Assembly (NCBI GenBank): GCA_009840965.1
Contig: VXMT01000126.1
Coordinates: 1-38,917, forward strand
Source: Chloroflexota bacterium
Lineage (GTDB): Bacteria > Chloroflexota > Dehalococcoidia > UBA2979
Length of the DNA stretch: 38,917 bases
Direction of reading: 5' to 3'
Position 1 is the first letter of the stretch. Each line of letters opens with the position of its first letter. The translations under genes and the position numbers were made by a program. Shown here piece by piece: positions 26,551 through 35,805 of the stretch. The notes below the pieces were generated by a model. That model was given only the letters and a program-made list of their open reading frames with translations. It was not told the origin of the DNA and did not search any database.

Positions 26551-27666
26551 CTAGAGGACGGCGTCCGCGATGCGCCGGTTGCTCGCGTTGCCGTCGCCGA
26601 GGAGCAGCTCGTTCGTTTTGACCCGCTTCATGAAGAAGTGCAGGTCGTGCTCCCACGTGTAGCCGATCGCGCCATGCACGTGGATCGCCTGCGTCGCGAC
26701 GAACGTGCCGGGGACGGCGGTCGCGCCCTTCGCCATTCGCACGGCGACGCTTCGCGCCTCGGCGTCGCCGTCGACCGTGAGCGCGGCGTAGTAGACGGCG
26801 GCGGTCATGCGCTCGAACGCGCTCGCCATCTGCGCCACCCGCACCTTCACCGCCTGATAGGAGCCGATCGGCCTCCCAAACTGCTCCCGGTCCTTCGCGT
26901 AGTCCGCCGTCATCTGCACCATCCGGCCGCAGGCGCCGACGCTCTCGGCTGCCAGCGCGAACCGCAGCTCGTCGGTGGCCTGCTCGACCGCCGCGTCCGC
27001 GGCGCCGTCGCCGTAGAGGGCTGCGCTAGCGGGCAGCTCGGCCCCGTCGAGGTTGGCGCGATAGCGCCGTACCGTCTGGTCCATCGAACCGAGGTCTTCC
27101 CACGTCAGGCCCGCCGCGTCCGTGGGGACGACGAACAGCCCGCGCCCTCCGGCGGGCAGTCGCGCCTCCATCAGGCACAAGTCCGCTCGCGGCCCGAACG
27201 CGACGAAGTCGTGGCGGCCGTTCAGCACCCAGCCGTCGGCGAATCGCGTCGCGACGGTCGCGGGCTGCTCGCGGTTCCACTCGTCCGGCGATCCCGAGAG
27301 CGCGAGCGTGGCGGTCCGGGCGCCCGACGCGAGCGAGGCCAGGAGCTCCTCGCGAGCGGGGGCGGGGCTCGCGGCAACCGCGCGCGCGGCCAGCAACGTG
27401 GTCACCAGCGGCAAGAACAGCGGGCAGGCGCCCGCCTCCATCGCCACCACCATCAGCTCCTCGGGGCCGAGGCCCGCGCCGCCGTGCTCCTCCGGGACGG
27501 TCAGGCCCGGCCAGCCGGCGGCGGCCAGCTCCTCCCAGAGCCCGGGGTCCGACGCGTCGCCGTCGTACGCGGTCGCTCGGACATGGTCGAGGTCGCACGA
27601 GCCGCGCAGCAGCGCGCGCAAGCCGTCGCGGAGCATGACCTGGTCCTCGCTGAGTTCGAAGTCCAT
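26551..27666 (-). CDS. Acyl-CoA dehydrogenase, short (ChsE1/FadE28-like) subunit
   Basis: MDFELSEDQ, PEEHGGAG, REQFGRPIGSYQAVK, HGAIGYTWEHDLH; alternative GTG start at 27678. Confidence 0.92.
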   Translation of the reverse strand: MDFELSEDQVMLRDGLRALLRGSCDLDHVRATAYDGDASDPGLWEELAAAGWPGLTVPEEHGGAGLGPEELMVVAMEAGACPLFLPLVTTLLAARAVAASPAPAREELLASLASGARTATLALSGSPDEWNREQPATVATRFADGWVLNGRHDFVAFGPRADLCLMEARLPAGGRGLFVVPTDAAGLTWEDLGSMDQTVRRYRANLDGAELPASAALYGDGAADAAVEQATDELRFALAAESVGACGRMVQMTADYAKDREQFGRPIGSYQAVKVRVAQMASAFERMTAAVYYAALTVDGDAEARSVAVRMAKGATAVPGTFVATQAIHVHGAIGYTWEHDLHFFMKRVKTNELLLGDGNASNRRIADAVL

Positions 27667-27674
27667 GGCTCGCC

Positions 27675-28868
27675 TCACGTGCCCCGGGGCAGGCCGAATG
27701 CGCGTTCAGCGATGATGTTGCGCTGGATGTCGACAGTGCCGCCCGGCACGGTGATGACTCGCGACGCCAGCCAGTCCGACGTCCACTCCCCGTCGTCGAG
27801 CCACGCGGGGGACTCCGTCATCGCCGCGAGCTCCGGGCCGGCGATGTCGGCGGCGAGGTCCGCGATGTTCTGGGCGGTTTCGGACCAGTAGAACTTCATG
27901 TACGAGGTCTCCTCGGCGGGGAGGTTGCCTCGCAGGTACCACGTCAGGTAGCGGAGGTTGGCCAGGCGCATGAGCTGGACGTCGGCGTAGGTGCTGGCCA
28001 GGCGTTCCCGGATGTGCGGCACGTCGATCAGGAGCTTCCCCGCGCGGCGCGTGACCTGCGCGTAGCCGCGGATCTGCCGCCACTGCCGTTCCAGCCGCAC
28101 GACGACCGAAAGCGTGAACAGCCCCCGCTCCCAGGCGAGGGTCCGCATCGCGACCTGCCAGCCCTCGTTGACGTTCCCGAGCACGTTGTCGCGAGGCACG
28201 CGCACATCGTCGAAAAAGACCTCGTTGAACTCGGCCTCCCCGTTGATCTGCTTGATCTCGCGCACGGTGATGCCGGGGGAGCGCATGTCGACGATTAGGT
28301 AGGAGATCCCGCGATGCTTCGGCGCCTCCTGATCGGTGCGTACAAGCACGGCGCCCCAGTCCGCGTACTGGGCGCTGTTGCCCCAGATTTTCTGGCCGTT
28401 CAGCACCCACTCGTCGCCGTCAAGCGTTGCCCGCGTTTGCAGTCCGGCGAGGTCGGAGCCGGCGTTCGGCTCGGAGAAGCCCTGGTACCACACCTCCTCA
28501 CCCTGAATGATCGGGGCGAGGTAGCGCGACTGTTGCTCCGCGGTGCCGACCTCAAGGATCGTCGGGCCGATGTACTGCTGCCCGGCGCTGTTCGGCAGGG
28601 AGGGCGCGTCCGCTTTCGCGAGCACCTCGTAGTAGATCGCCAGCTCCATCAGCGTCGCGCCGCGGCCGCCGTACTCGACGGGCCAGGAGACGCCGAGCCA
28701 GCCACCCGATCCCAGCAGCCGTTCCCACTCGCGCCGGGCGGCCCAGCTCTCGTCCGCCGGGAGCAGCCGGGTGCGGCGGGCCGTCCACTCGTCCCGCAGG
28801 TTCGCTCGCACCCATTCGGAGAACTCGCGCTCGAAGCGCGCCTCGGAGTCGGACAGGCTCAGATCCAC
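27675..28868 (-). CDS. Acyl-CoA dehydrogenase (ChsE2/FadE29-like) subunit
   Basis: Start trimmed to GTG 28868; WPVEYGG, QGFSEPNAGSDLA, NGQKIW, FNEVFFDDV, LAWER, GGTVDIQRNIIAER. Confidence 0.93.
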   Translation of the reverse strand: MDLSLSDSEARFEREFSEWVRANLRDEWTARRTRLLPADESWAARREWERLLGSGGWLGVSWPVEYGGRGATLMELAIYYEVLAKADAPSLPNSAGQQYIGPTILEVGTAEQQSRYLAPIIQGEEVWYQGFSEPNAGSDLAGLQTRATLDGDEWVLNGQKIWGNSAQYADWGAVLVRTDQEAPKHRGISYLIVDMRSPGITVREIKQINGEAEFNEVFFDDVRVPRDNVLGNVNEGWQVAMRTLAWERGLFTLSVVVRLERQWRQIRGYAQVTRRAGKLLIDVPHIRERLASTYADVQLMRLANLRYLTWYLRGNLPAEETSYMKFYWSETAQNIADLAADIAGPELAAMTESPAWLDDGEWTSDWLASRVITVPGGTVDIQRNIIAERAFGLPRGT

Positions 28869-28931
28869 GGACGACCACCTTGCTGCGGAGCAGCTCCCGC
28901 GCCTGGCGCGGCGACCGCCCCACGGCACGTA

Positions 28932-28944
28932 CTTACAGTGTACG
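28932..28944. promoter_or_regulatory. Palindromic operator, site 6
   Basis: CTTACAGTGTACG, 64 nt upstream of the acyl-CoA dehydrogenase pair. Confidence 0.75.
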
Positions 28945-28998
28945 CGCCGCACCTTGTACCAGAGCGCGGCGAGCGCCTCAAGTCGGGAACGGCGGAGT

Positions 28999-30315
28999 CT
29001 AGGTGGCGACCTCGACTGCTCCGCTTCCGATCAGCGACTCGATCTCCTCCGCCGAGTAGCCGGCCTCGCGCAGCACCTCGGACGTGTGCCTCCCGAGGAC
29101 GGGCGAGGGGGCGCGAACCGCGGCCGGGGCGTCGGAGAGCTTCACGAGCGGGGCCACGATGCGCTGCGGCCCCGTGAGCTCGTGCGTCACCTCGCACATC
29201 ATCCCGTCGTCGAGGACCTGGGGATCGTCCGCGACTTCCTCGGGCAGGTTCACCGGCGCCACGGGCACGCCGACGCTCTGCAGCGCATCGATCCAGTACG
29301 CGACCGTCCCCCCGAGGAACTTCTCGCGAATGATGCGCTTCCACTCCGCGGCGCTCGCGATGTTCTCCGGATCCAGCGAGTCGTAGTCCGGGTCGTCGGA
29401 GTTCTCGTCCTCGATCCCGAGCACGCTGCGGATGGCGTCCCGGTTCGGCTTCGTCAGGGCGCCGAGGATGATCGCTCCGTCCTCGACGCGGTACCCGCTG
29501 TAGTAGAGGGCGAACGTGGTGCCGAGGGCGTGCCGCTCTTCGCGCGCCGCGATGATCTCCTCGTAGGTTGCGCCGACGGCGCGCAGCTCGCTGATCCGCT
29601 CCATCGTTGGGTCGCGCATCGTGCGGTCGGTGATCGGCTCGCGCATGACGGTCGGGCCCTGCATGAAGAGCGCGGACCGCAACAGCGACCCGGAGACCTT
29701 CTGACCGCGGCCGGTGCGCTCGCGATGGTAGAGCGCGGCGCAGACGCCCATCGAGGTGCCCACCGCCGTGATGTAGTCGGCGAGCGCGACCCCGCCGATC
29801 TCCCGAGGCGCTCCGGCGTCGTCCACCTTGCCGTTGCCGGCCATCAGGCCGGAGTAGCCCTGGACCGCGACGTCCGACGCTCCCTGGAATGCCTGCGGGC
29901 CCTGGTCCCCCCACCCCGTGCTCTCCACGTAGATCAGGTCGTGCTTGAGTGAGCTCAGCGTCTCGTAGTCGATCCCGAGTCGCTCCACGACGCCAAGGCG
30001 GTAGTTGACGACGACTACGTCGATGCTCGGCATCAGGCGGTGCACGACGGCCCGCCCCTCGGCCGTCTGAAGGTCGACGACCAGACTGCGCTTACCTCGG
30101 TTGAGCGTCTGGAAGAGTTTGCTCTCGCCCGGAACGACGCTGCCGTTCCTCCGCTGCGACTCGCCGCCGGGGGGTTCGACCTTGATGACGTCGGCGTCCA
30201 GGTCGGCGAGGTTGGCGCCGCACACCGGGCCGGCGATGACCTGCGAGAAGTCCAGCACACGGACGCCGTACAACGGCCCCCTGCTCGTCGGTGGCTCGAT
30301 CCGTGCATCCGCCAT
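28999..30315 (-). CDS. Class III CoA-transferase
   Basis: ATG 30315 after GGGGGAGG; GPLYGVRVLDFSQVIAGP, LNRGKRS, ALADYITA, SPVLGRHT. Confidence 0.93.
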   Translation of the reverse strand: MADARIEPPTSRGPLYGVRVLDFSQVIAGPVCGANLADLDADVIKVEPPGGESQRRNGSVVPGESKLFQTLNRGKRSLVVDLQTAEGRAVVHRLMPSIDVVVVNYRLGVVERLGIDYETLSSLKHDLIYVESTGWGDQGPQAFQGASDVAVQGYSGLMAGNGKVDDAGAPREIGGVALADYITAVGTSMGVCAALYHRERTGRGQKVSGSLLRSALFMQGPTVMREPITDRTMRDPTMERISELRAVGATYEEIIAAREERHALGTTFALYYSGYRVEDGAIILGALTKPNRDAIRSVLGIEDENSDDPDYDSLDPENIASAAEWKRIIREKFLGGTVAYWIDALQSVGVPVAPVNLPEEVADDPQVLDDGMMCEVTHELTGPQRIVAPLVKLSDAPAAVRAPSPVLGRHTSEVLREAGYSAEEIESLIGSGAVEVAT

Positions 30316-30357
30316 GGCCGTGGACCTCCCCCGTGCTCGGAGCGCGCGCAGGCGCAG

Positions 30358-30370
30358 CGTACACCGTATG
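30358..30370. promoter_or_regulatory. Palindromic operator, site 7
   Basis: CGTACACCGTATG, 43 nt upstream of ATG 30315. Confidence 0.7.
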
Positions 30371-30491
30371 CTCGCCAATGCTGCGGGGTGAGGCCGCTAC
30401 CCGGTCGCGTTCAGCAGGTGCTGTGCTTCGCCTGGACGGCGCCCCTGCGTACGGCCGTCCCCGACCGCGCTCGGCCCCCTCGAGGCCGGCG

Positions 30492-31184
30492 TCAGGGCTG
30501 CGCGGCCACGCCGGCTTCGCGGGCCGCGAGTGGTTCGGACGCGCCGTGAAGGTAGTCCTCCAGCCCGCGCAGGATCACCCGCATCCCGAACTCGAACTCG
30601 AGGTCGCGATCGACGCGCCGGAAGTACTGGCGGTGCTCGGAAGCGACCGGCATCTCGGTCTCGCTCATCTCCGCGAAGCCCCGGGCAATGTCCCGGCCGT
30701 GCTTGCCGATGAAGTAGTCGCCGAGGATGCACCCGGTCTCGAAGTTCCCGATCAGGTGGAACGCGTGCTCGACCATCTCCCCGCGGAATCCGGCCTGCGT
30801 GAGCACGGACATCTGCCACTCGATATTCGCCATGCCGGCTTCGGTCAGCATTCCGTGTGAGACGCTGATCGGGATTACCTCGCGGTGCCGGAGCATCGCG
30901 TCGCGACGCCTGATCGCGGACTCAAGGATCGCATCGGCCCAGTGCTCGACCGGCGGTTGCTCCGCCTCGCCCTGGACGAGGTTGACGACGCCCCGGAGCA
31001 CGTCGTCCTTGTTCTCCACGTGGCGGTAGAGCGACATCGCCTCGACGTTCAGCGTGGCGGCGAGCTTACGCATGCTGAGCGCGGCGGCGCCGTGCTCGTC
31101 GACGAATTCGAGGGCCGCGCGGAGTATCCGTTCGCGCGAGAGCGGGCGTTGGCGTGGAGCGATGCTCGGACCCCCGTTCGGCAT
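30492..31184 (-). CDS. TetR/AcrR family regulator with a TetR_C-type domain
   Basis: HTH LSRERILRAAL...LSMRKLAATLNVEAMSLYRHVENKDD; C-terminal EFEFGMRVILRGL; start taken at ATG 31184 (uncertain). Confidence 0.93.
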   Translation of the reverse strand: MPNGGPSIAPRQRPLSRERILRAALEFVDEHGAAALSMRKLAATLNVEAMSLYRHVENKDDVLRGVVNLVQGEAEQPPVEHWADAILESAIRRRDAMLRHREVIPISVSHGMLTEAGMANIEWQMSVLTQAGFRGEMVEHAFHLIGNFETGCILGDYFIGKHGRDIARGFAEMSETEMPVASEHRQYFRRVDRDLEFEFGMRVILRGLEDYLHGASEPLAAREAGVAAQP

Positions 31185-31330
31185 GTCCCCGGCGCCGGCC
31201 AGCGGACGGTCATGCTCAAGTGCAGACGGTGTCTCTCGAATCGTGCCACCCCCATGGCCACGGGACAAGCCAGCGACCCCGACGGTTGCACGATGCCAGG
31301 TTCGTCCTCCCTCGGTTCAATCCTCCCGGG

Positions 31331-32611
31331 CTACGCGACCACGCGGTCCGAGCGCAGCTGACCGATCTCCTCGTCGGAGAGCCCGGCTTCGCGAAGCACC
31401 GTGTCCGTGTCCGCGCCGAGGGCCGGGGATGCTCGCCGCACCCCGGTAGGCGTCTTCGAGAGCGTGACCAGCGGGCCGACGACCCGCTGCAGGCCCGTGA
31501 CGGCGTGCTCCACCTCGGCCATCAGCCCCATCGCCTCGATCTGAGGATGGTCGGAGAGCTCTTCCGGCAGGTTGACGGGCCCGACGGGAACGCCGGCCTC
31601 GGTGAAGCGCTCGATGATCTCGGCGGAGGTTTGCGAGGCGAACGCCTCGCGGATGTGCGCGACGCGCGTCTCCGCGTACGCGATGCTGTCGGGGTCGAGG
31701 GCGTCGAAGTCCGGGTCGTCGCTCGGATCATCGGTGATGCCCAGCAACTCCCGGACCCCCGCGCGCGTCCGCGGGGTGACCGCGCCGAGCTGCACGACGC
31801 CGTCCTTCGTCGCGTAGGCCATGTGGAAGCCGCGCCAGGCCGCGGAGTCCGAGCCAACCGCCGAGCGCGCCGCAATCACCTCCTCGTAGCCTCCCCCACG
31901 CTCGCGCACCCGCCGAACGTCCTCGAGCATCGGGTCGCGAACGACGGCGTCGCTCACCGGCTCGCGCATCACCTCGTAGGGCTGGAGCGCGATCGAGGAT
32001 CGCAGCAGCGACGTCTCGACCTTCTGGCCCTCGCCGGTCATCGCGCGGTGGTAGAGGGCGGAGAGCACGCCGGCGGCCCCGGCCAGGGCGCACGACAGGT
32101 CGCCCAGCGGTGCGCAATCCACGGTCGCCGGCTGCCCCCACGCGTCGAGCTTCCCCTCACCGGCGATCAGCCCCGCGAACGCGGTCGCCACGGGGTCGAC
32201 CGACCCGTTGCTCGCGAGGGGCCCGTCGGGGCCCCAACCGGTGAGCTCGCAGTAGATGATGTCGGGACGCAGCTCCCGGAGCTGCTCGTAGTCGACGCCA
32301 AGCCGCCGCGCCAGCCCATAGCGATAGTTCATGGTGACGATGTCGAAGGCGGGTACCAGGCGATGCACGAGGGCGCGCCCGGCCTCCTGCTGGAGATCGA
32401 CCACGATGCCTCGCTTGTTGCGGTTGAGCGACTGAAACCGCTTGGCCTCGCCGGGCACCACGGAACCCCAGAGGCGATGCGGATCTCCCTCCGGACGTTC
32501 CACCTTCACGACGTCGGCGCCAAGGTCGGCGAGGATGCAGCCGAGGAACGGCGCCGCGACGATCTGCGAGAACTCCAGGACCCGTACGCCGTGCAGCGGG
32601 CCGTTCGCCAT
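31331..32611 (-). CDS. Class III CoA-transferase (paralogue of 28999..30315)
   Basis: ATG 32611 after GAGGAGG; GPLHGVRVLEFSQIVAAP, LNRNKRG, PLGDLSC, SPALGADT. Confidence 0.93.
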   Translation of the reverse strand: MANGPLHGVRVLEFSQIVAAPFLGCILADLGADVVKVERPEGDPHRLWGSVVPGEAKRFQSLNRNKRGIVVDLQQEAGRALVHRLVPAFDIVTMNYRYGLARRLGVDYEQLRELRPDIIYCELTGWGPDGPLASNGSVDPVATAFAGLIAGEGKLDAWGQPATVDCAPLGDLSCALAGAAGVLSALYHRAMTGEGQKVETSLLRSSIALQPYEVMREPVSDAVVRDPMLEDVRRVRERGGGYEEVIAARSAVGSDSAAWRGFHMAYATKDGVVQLGAVTPRTRAGVRELLGITDDPSDDPDFDALDPDSIAYAETRVAHIREAFASQTSAEIIERFTEAGVPVGPVNLPEELSDHPQIEAMGLMAEVEHAVTGLQRVVGPLVTLSKTPTGVRRASPALGADTDTVLREAGLSDEEIGQLRSDRVVA

Positions 32612-32758
32612 GGCAATCCTCCTCGAGTTGCCGGACACCTCAGGCGGTGGAGCGACGTTACGCCGTCCCCGGGCCCCCGTCACGGGCACGGGCCGACATC
32701 GGGGAGCCGTCCGGGGTGCGCATGCGCCCATGATCCGCCAGACCTTGGCGATGGGTAC

Positions 32759-32805
32759 TTGACAACCCGGCGGCCAAGCTTACATTGTACGCCTTACACT
32801 GTACA
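32759..32805 (+). promoter_or_regulatory. Sigma70 promoter with tandem operator sites 8 and 9
   Basis: TTGACA 32759-32764; CTTACATTGTACG 32779-32791 (contains the -10-like TACATT); CTTACACTGTACA 32793-32805. Confidence 0.82.
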
Positions 32806-32853
32806 TCTATATACGTGGTGCGGGCGCAGTCGCTCGCGGAAGGAGTGCATCAA

Positions 32854-34725
32854 GTGGTGGATTTCCCCGGTCGAACCGACAACCTGCTCAGCCGGCGGGC
32901 ACTGCTGAGGGGAGGAGCGCTCGGTGTCGCAGGCCTCTCGGTCGCCGCGCTCGTTGGCTGCGGCGACGACGATGACGACGACGCCGTAGCAACCGCCACG
33001 CAAGGCCCGGCAGCCGCGACCGCCACGCCGGCCGCGACCGCGGCCGCGACGGAGGCTCCGGCAGCCACACCGGCGGCGACGGCCACTCCGGCGGCGGCAG
33101 CCACCGAGGCCCCCAGGGAGGAGTTCCTGAACGCGGAGCTCCTGAAGCTCAACGACCCGGACGCGCCGCTTCCCTACGTGGCTCCCGAGCCGAACCTGAC
33201 TCCCAAGGCGGGCGGCGTCATTCGCATCACCTTCCCGAACCCGATCGGCGCCAACGACCCGACGAAGGCCAGCAACGGCGGGACCATCGGCGTGCTCGGT
33301 GCCGTCATGGACCGGCTGCTCGAGTTCGAGGGCAACGCCCAGCTGCACCCGTTCAAGGTCCCGGACCGGCTTCCCGGTCTGGCCCAGACCTGGGAGATCT
33401 CGCCCGACGGTCTGACGCTGACCTTCAACGTGGCCGAGAACGCGAAGTTCCACAACGTGCCGCCGGTGAACGGGCGGGACTTCACGGCCGAGGATGTCCG
33501 CTGGGCCTACAACCGCTACGCGACCGAAGGCCTCCACAGGTCGAAGTTCGACAACACGGCATCGATGGACACGCCCGACACCCACACGTTCCGGATGCAG
33601 CTGAACGCCCCCCAGCCCGACCTCTCGGTCAACATGGGTGCGCGCGAGATGCCGATCTATCCCCGGGAGCTCGTGGACGGGGCGCAGAACCTGCTCGAGG
33701 AACACGTCCTGATCGGGACCGGCCCGATGATCTCGGACTCCTTCACGGAGGACCTCACGCTCTTCACGTACGTGAAGAACGCCGAGTACTGGAAGCAGGA
33801 CGTGCTGCTCGACGGCATGGAGCTTCACGTCGTCCGGGACGGGGCCGCGCGCCTCGCCGGCTATCGCGCCGGGCAGTACGACGCCGGCGGGTTCGCCACC
33901 ATCCTGCCCCAGGCGCAGGCCCTGCTCGCGTCCAACCCGGACACTCAGCTCCACTACACGCCCCCGGCGAACAGCCTCTGGGCGATGGCGCCGAACATCT
34001 CGAACCCCAAGTGGGACGACGCCCGGCTCCGCCAGGCGATGATGCTCGCGATCGATCACCAGAAGATCGTCGACACCGTGCACCATGGCCTCTCGTCGGT
34101 TCTGCCCGTCATGCCGTGGATTCACGTCTTCGACGATCCGCCGGGCGAAGCCGAGCTGGGTCCCTGGTTCAAGTACGACCCCGAGCAGGCGAGCCAGCTG
34201 CTCAGCGCGGCCGGGTTCGCGGACGGGTTCGAGTTCGCGCTGAGTCACGCGTACGACTTCATCGACCCGACGCTGGCGATCGTGTACGACGGCTTCCGCG
34301 ACGTCGGGATCACCGTGAACATCGAGAAGCACGACTACGCGGCCTTCCAGGCGGTCTACATCGGGCGGGAGTTCGAGGAGTCCGCAGCCGGCTACTGGGT
34401 CGGCGGCTACGACGCCGACAACTTCTTCAAGGTCCACCTCGCCACCGGATCGTCGGGGAACCTCGGCCGGGTCTCGGATCCGCAGCTCGACGAGTGGGCT
34501 GTGCAGCAGTCGCACGAGCTCGACCCGGACGCGAGGCGCGAGATCCTGCGCAGGATCTGGGACCGCTACCTGGACCAGGCGTACAGGATCCCGCTGACGT
34601 CGGAGGGCACGATCAGCACCTACGCGCCGCACGTCCGGAACTACAGGGTTGGTGCGCCGCTCGTCTCGATCACGGTCAGCGGAAACGAGGGCACTCACAT
34701 CGCTCCCGTGTGGCTCGACACGTAG
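32854..34725 (+). CDS. Family-5 ABC substrate-binding Tat-lipoprotein
   Basis: GTG 32854 after AAGGAG; LSRRALLRG...LVGC, poly-Asp, Ala/Thr/Pro linker, PGLAQTWEIS, PPVNGRDFTAEDV, IGTGPM. Confidence 0.93.
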   Translation: MVDFPGRTDNLLSRRALLRGGALGVAGLSVAALVGCGDDDDDDAVATATQGPAAATATPAATAAATEAPAATPAATATPAAAATEAPREEFLNAELLKLNDPDAPLPYVAPEPNLTPKAGGVIRITFPNPIGANDPTKASNGGTIGVLGAVMDRLLEFEGNAQLHPFKVPDRLPGLAQTWEISPDGLTLTFNVAENAKFHNVPPVNGRDFTAEDVRWAYNRYATEGLHRSKFDNTASMDTPDTHTFRMQLNAPQPDLSVNMGAREMPIYPRELVDGAQNLLEEHVLIGTGPMISDSFTEDLTLFTYVKNAEYWKQDVLLDGMELHVVRDGAARLAGYRAGQYDAGGFATILPQAQALLASNPDTQLHYTPPANSLWAMAPNISNPKWDDARLRQAMMLAIDHQKIVDTVHHGLSSVLPVMPWIHVFDDPPGEAELGPWFKYDPEQASQLLSAAGFADGFEFALSHAYDFIDPTLAIVYDGFRDVGITVNIEKHDYAAFQAVYIGREFEESAAGYWVGGYDADNFFKVHLATGSSGNLGRVSDPQLDEWAVQQSHELDPDARREILRRIWDRYLDQAYRIPLTSEGTISTYAPHVRNYRVGAPLVSITVSGNEGTHIAPVWLDT

Positions 34726-34746
34726 CCCGAGCACGGCCGCCACAAG

Positions 34747-34791
34747 GCGAGCCGCGCTTCCCAAACATGCCCCGAGGGAAGCGCGGCTCGC
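34747..34791 (+). terminator. Strong intercistronic hairpin after the binding-protein gene
   Basis: GCGAGCCGCGCTTCCC-13nt-GGGAAGCGCGGCTCGC, a perfect 16-bp stem with no U-tract. Confidence 0.7.
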
Positions 34792-34851
34792 TGCAATACG
34801 AAGCGTCGCCGCGCCATCGCGTAGCATGAAGTCGCGAACTGTCGGTGCACG

Positions 34852-35805
34852 ATGACCACGGCGTACGTCGCGAGGCGCCTGCTCTCCGCCCTACCGTCCG
34901 TTGTCATCGTCTCGATGATCATCTTCTCGCTCGTGCGCCTGCTCCCGGGCGACGTGGTCATGGCCCGCGTGGCCGACGGGGGCTTCTACACCCAGGAAGA
35001 CCTCGATCTGATCCGGGCCGATCTCGGGCTCGACCGGAACTTCTTCGCGCAGTACGTGACCTGGGCCGGTGGTCTGCTGCGGGGCGACATGGGCACCTCG
35101 CTCTGGTCGACCAACGAAGTCACTTCGATGATCAGGCACAGCATGCTGCTCTCGATCAAGCTCACGCTGCTGTCGATGCTGGTGGCGCTCGCCATCGCGA
35201 TTCCCCTGGGCGTGCTGTCCGCGGTCAAGCAGGACTCATTCGTTGACTACCTGGCGCGCCTCTTCTCCATCCTCGGGCTTTCCATTCCCGATTTCTGGCT
35301 GGCGACGATGGTGCTGCTGGGCTTCTCCAAGTACGTGGGCTGGCTCCCGCAGTTCGGCTGGTTCGCCCCGTGGGACGACCCGTGGAGGAACGTGCAGGCC
35401 CTGATCTTCCCGGCGCTGATCATCGGCTACCGCTTCTCCGCGGTGACCGCGCGGATGACGAGGTCGGCGCTGCTCGAGGTGCTCCGGGAGGACTACGTGC
35501 GGACGGCGCGCGCCAAGGGATTGCGTGAGGGCGCGGTCATCTGGCGGCACGCGCTGCGGAACGCCCTGATCCCGGTGATCACGATCGTCGGGACCCAGGT
35601 CGGCTTCCTGTTCGGCGGCCTCGTCGTCATCGAGTTCGTGTTCGGGCTTCCGGGGATGGGGCAGCTCACGTACGACGCGGTCGTCCGCCGCGACTATCCG
35701 GTGGTCCAGGGCACGGTGATGGTCATGGCGCTCGTCTTCATCCTGGCGAACCTCGCCGTCGACCTCTCGTACTCGCTGCTGGACCCGCGGATCCGCTATG
35801 CCTAG
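34852..35805 (+). CDS. ABC transporter permease, DppB/OppB family
   Basis: GDMGTS, EDYVRTARAKGL, HALRNALIP, DPRIRY. Confidence 0.95.
   Translation: MTTAYVARRLLSALPSVVIVSMIIFSLVRLLPGDVVMARVADGGFYTQEDLDLIRADLGLDRNFFAQYVTWAGGLLRGDMGTSLWSTNEVTSMIRHSMLLSIKLTLLSMLVALAIAIPLGVLSAVKQDSFVDYLARLFSILGLSIPDFWLATMVLLGFSKYVGWLPQFGWFAPWDDPWRNVQALIFPALIIGYRFSAVTARMTRSALLEVLREDYVRTARAKGLREGAVIWRHALRNALIPVITIVGTQVGFLFGGLVVIEFVFGLPGMGQLTYDAVVRRDYPVVQGTVMVMALVFILANLAVDLSYSLLDPRIRYA

Noticed and set aside
32794-34827. 677-aa minus-strand ORF, and similar long Arg-rich ORFs (7568..9568, 15853..17559, 31154..32908)
   Set aside because: Opposite-strand shadows of well-supported genes.
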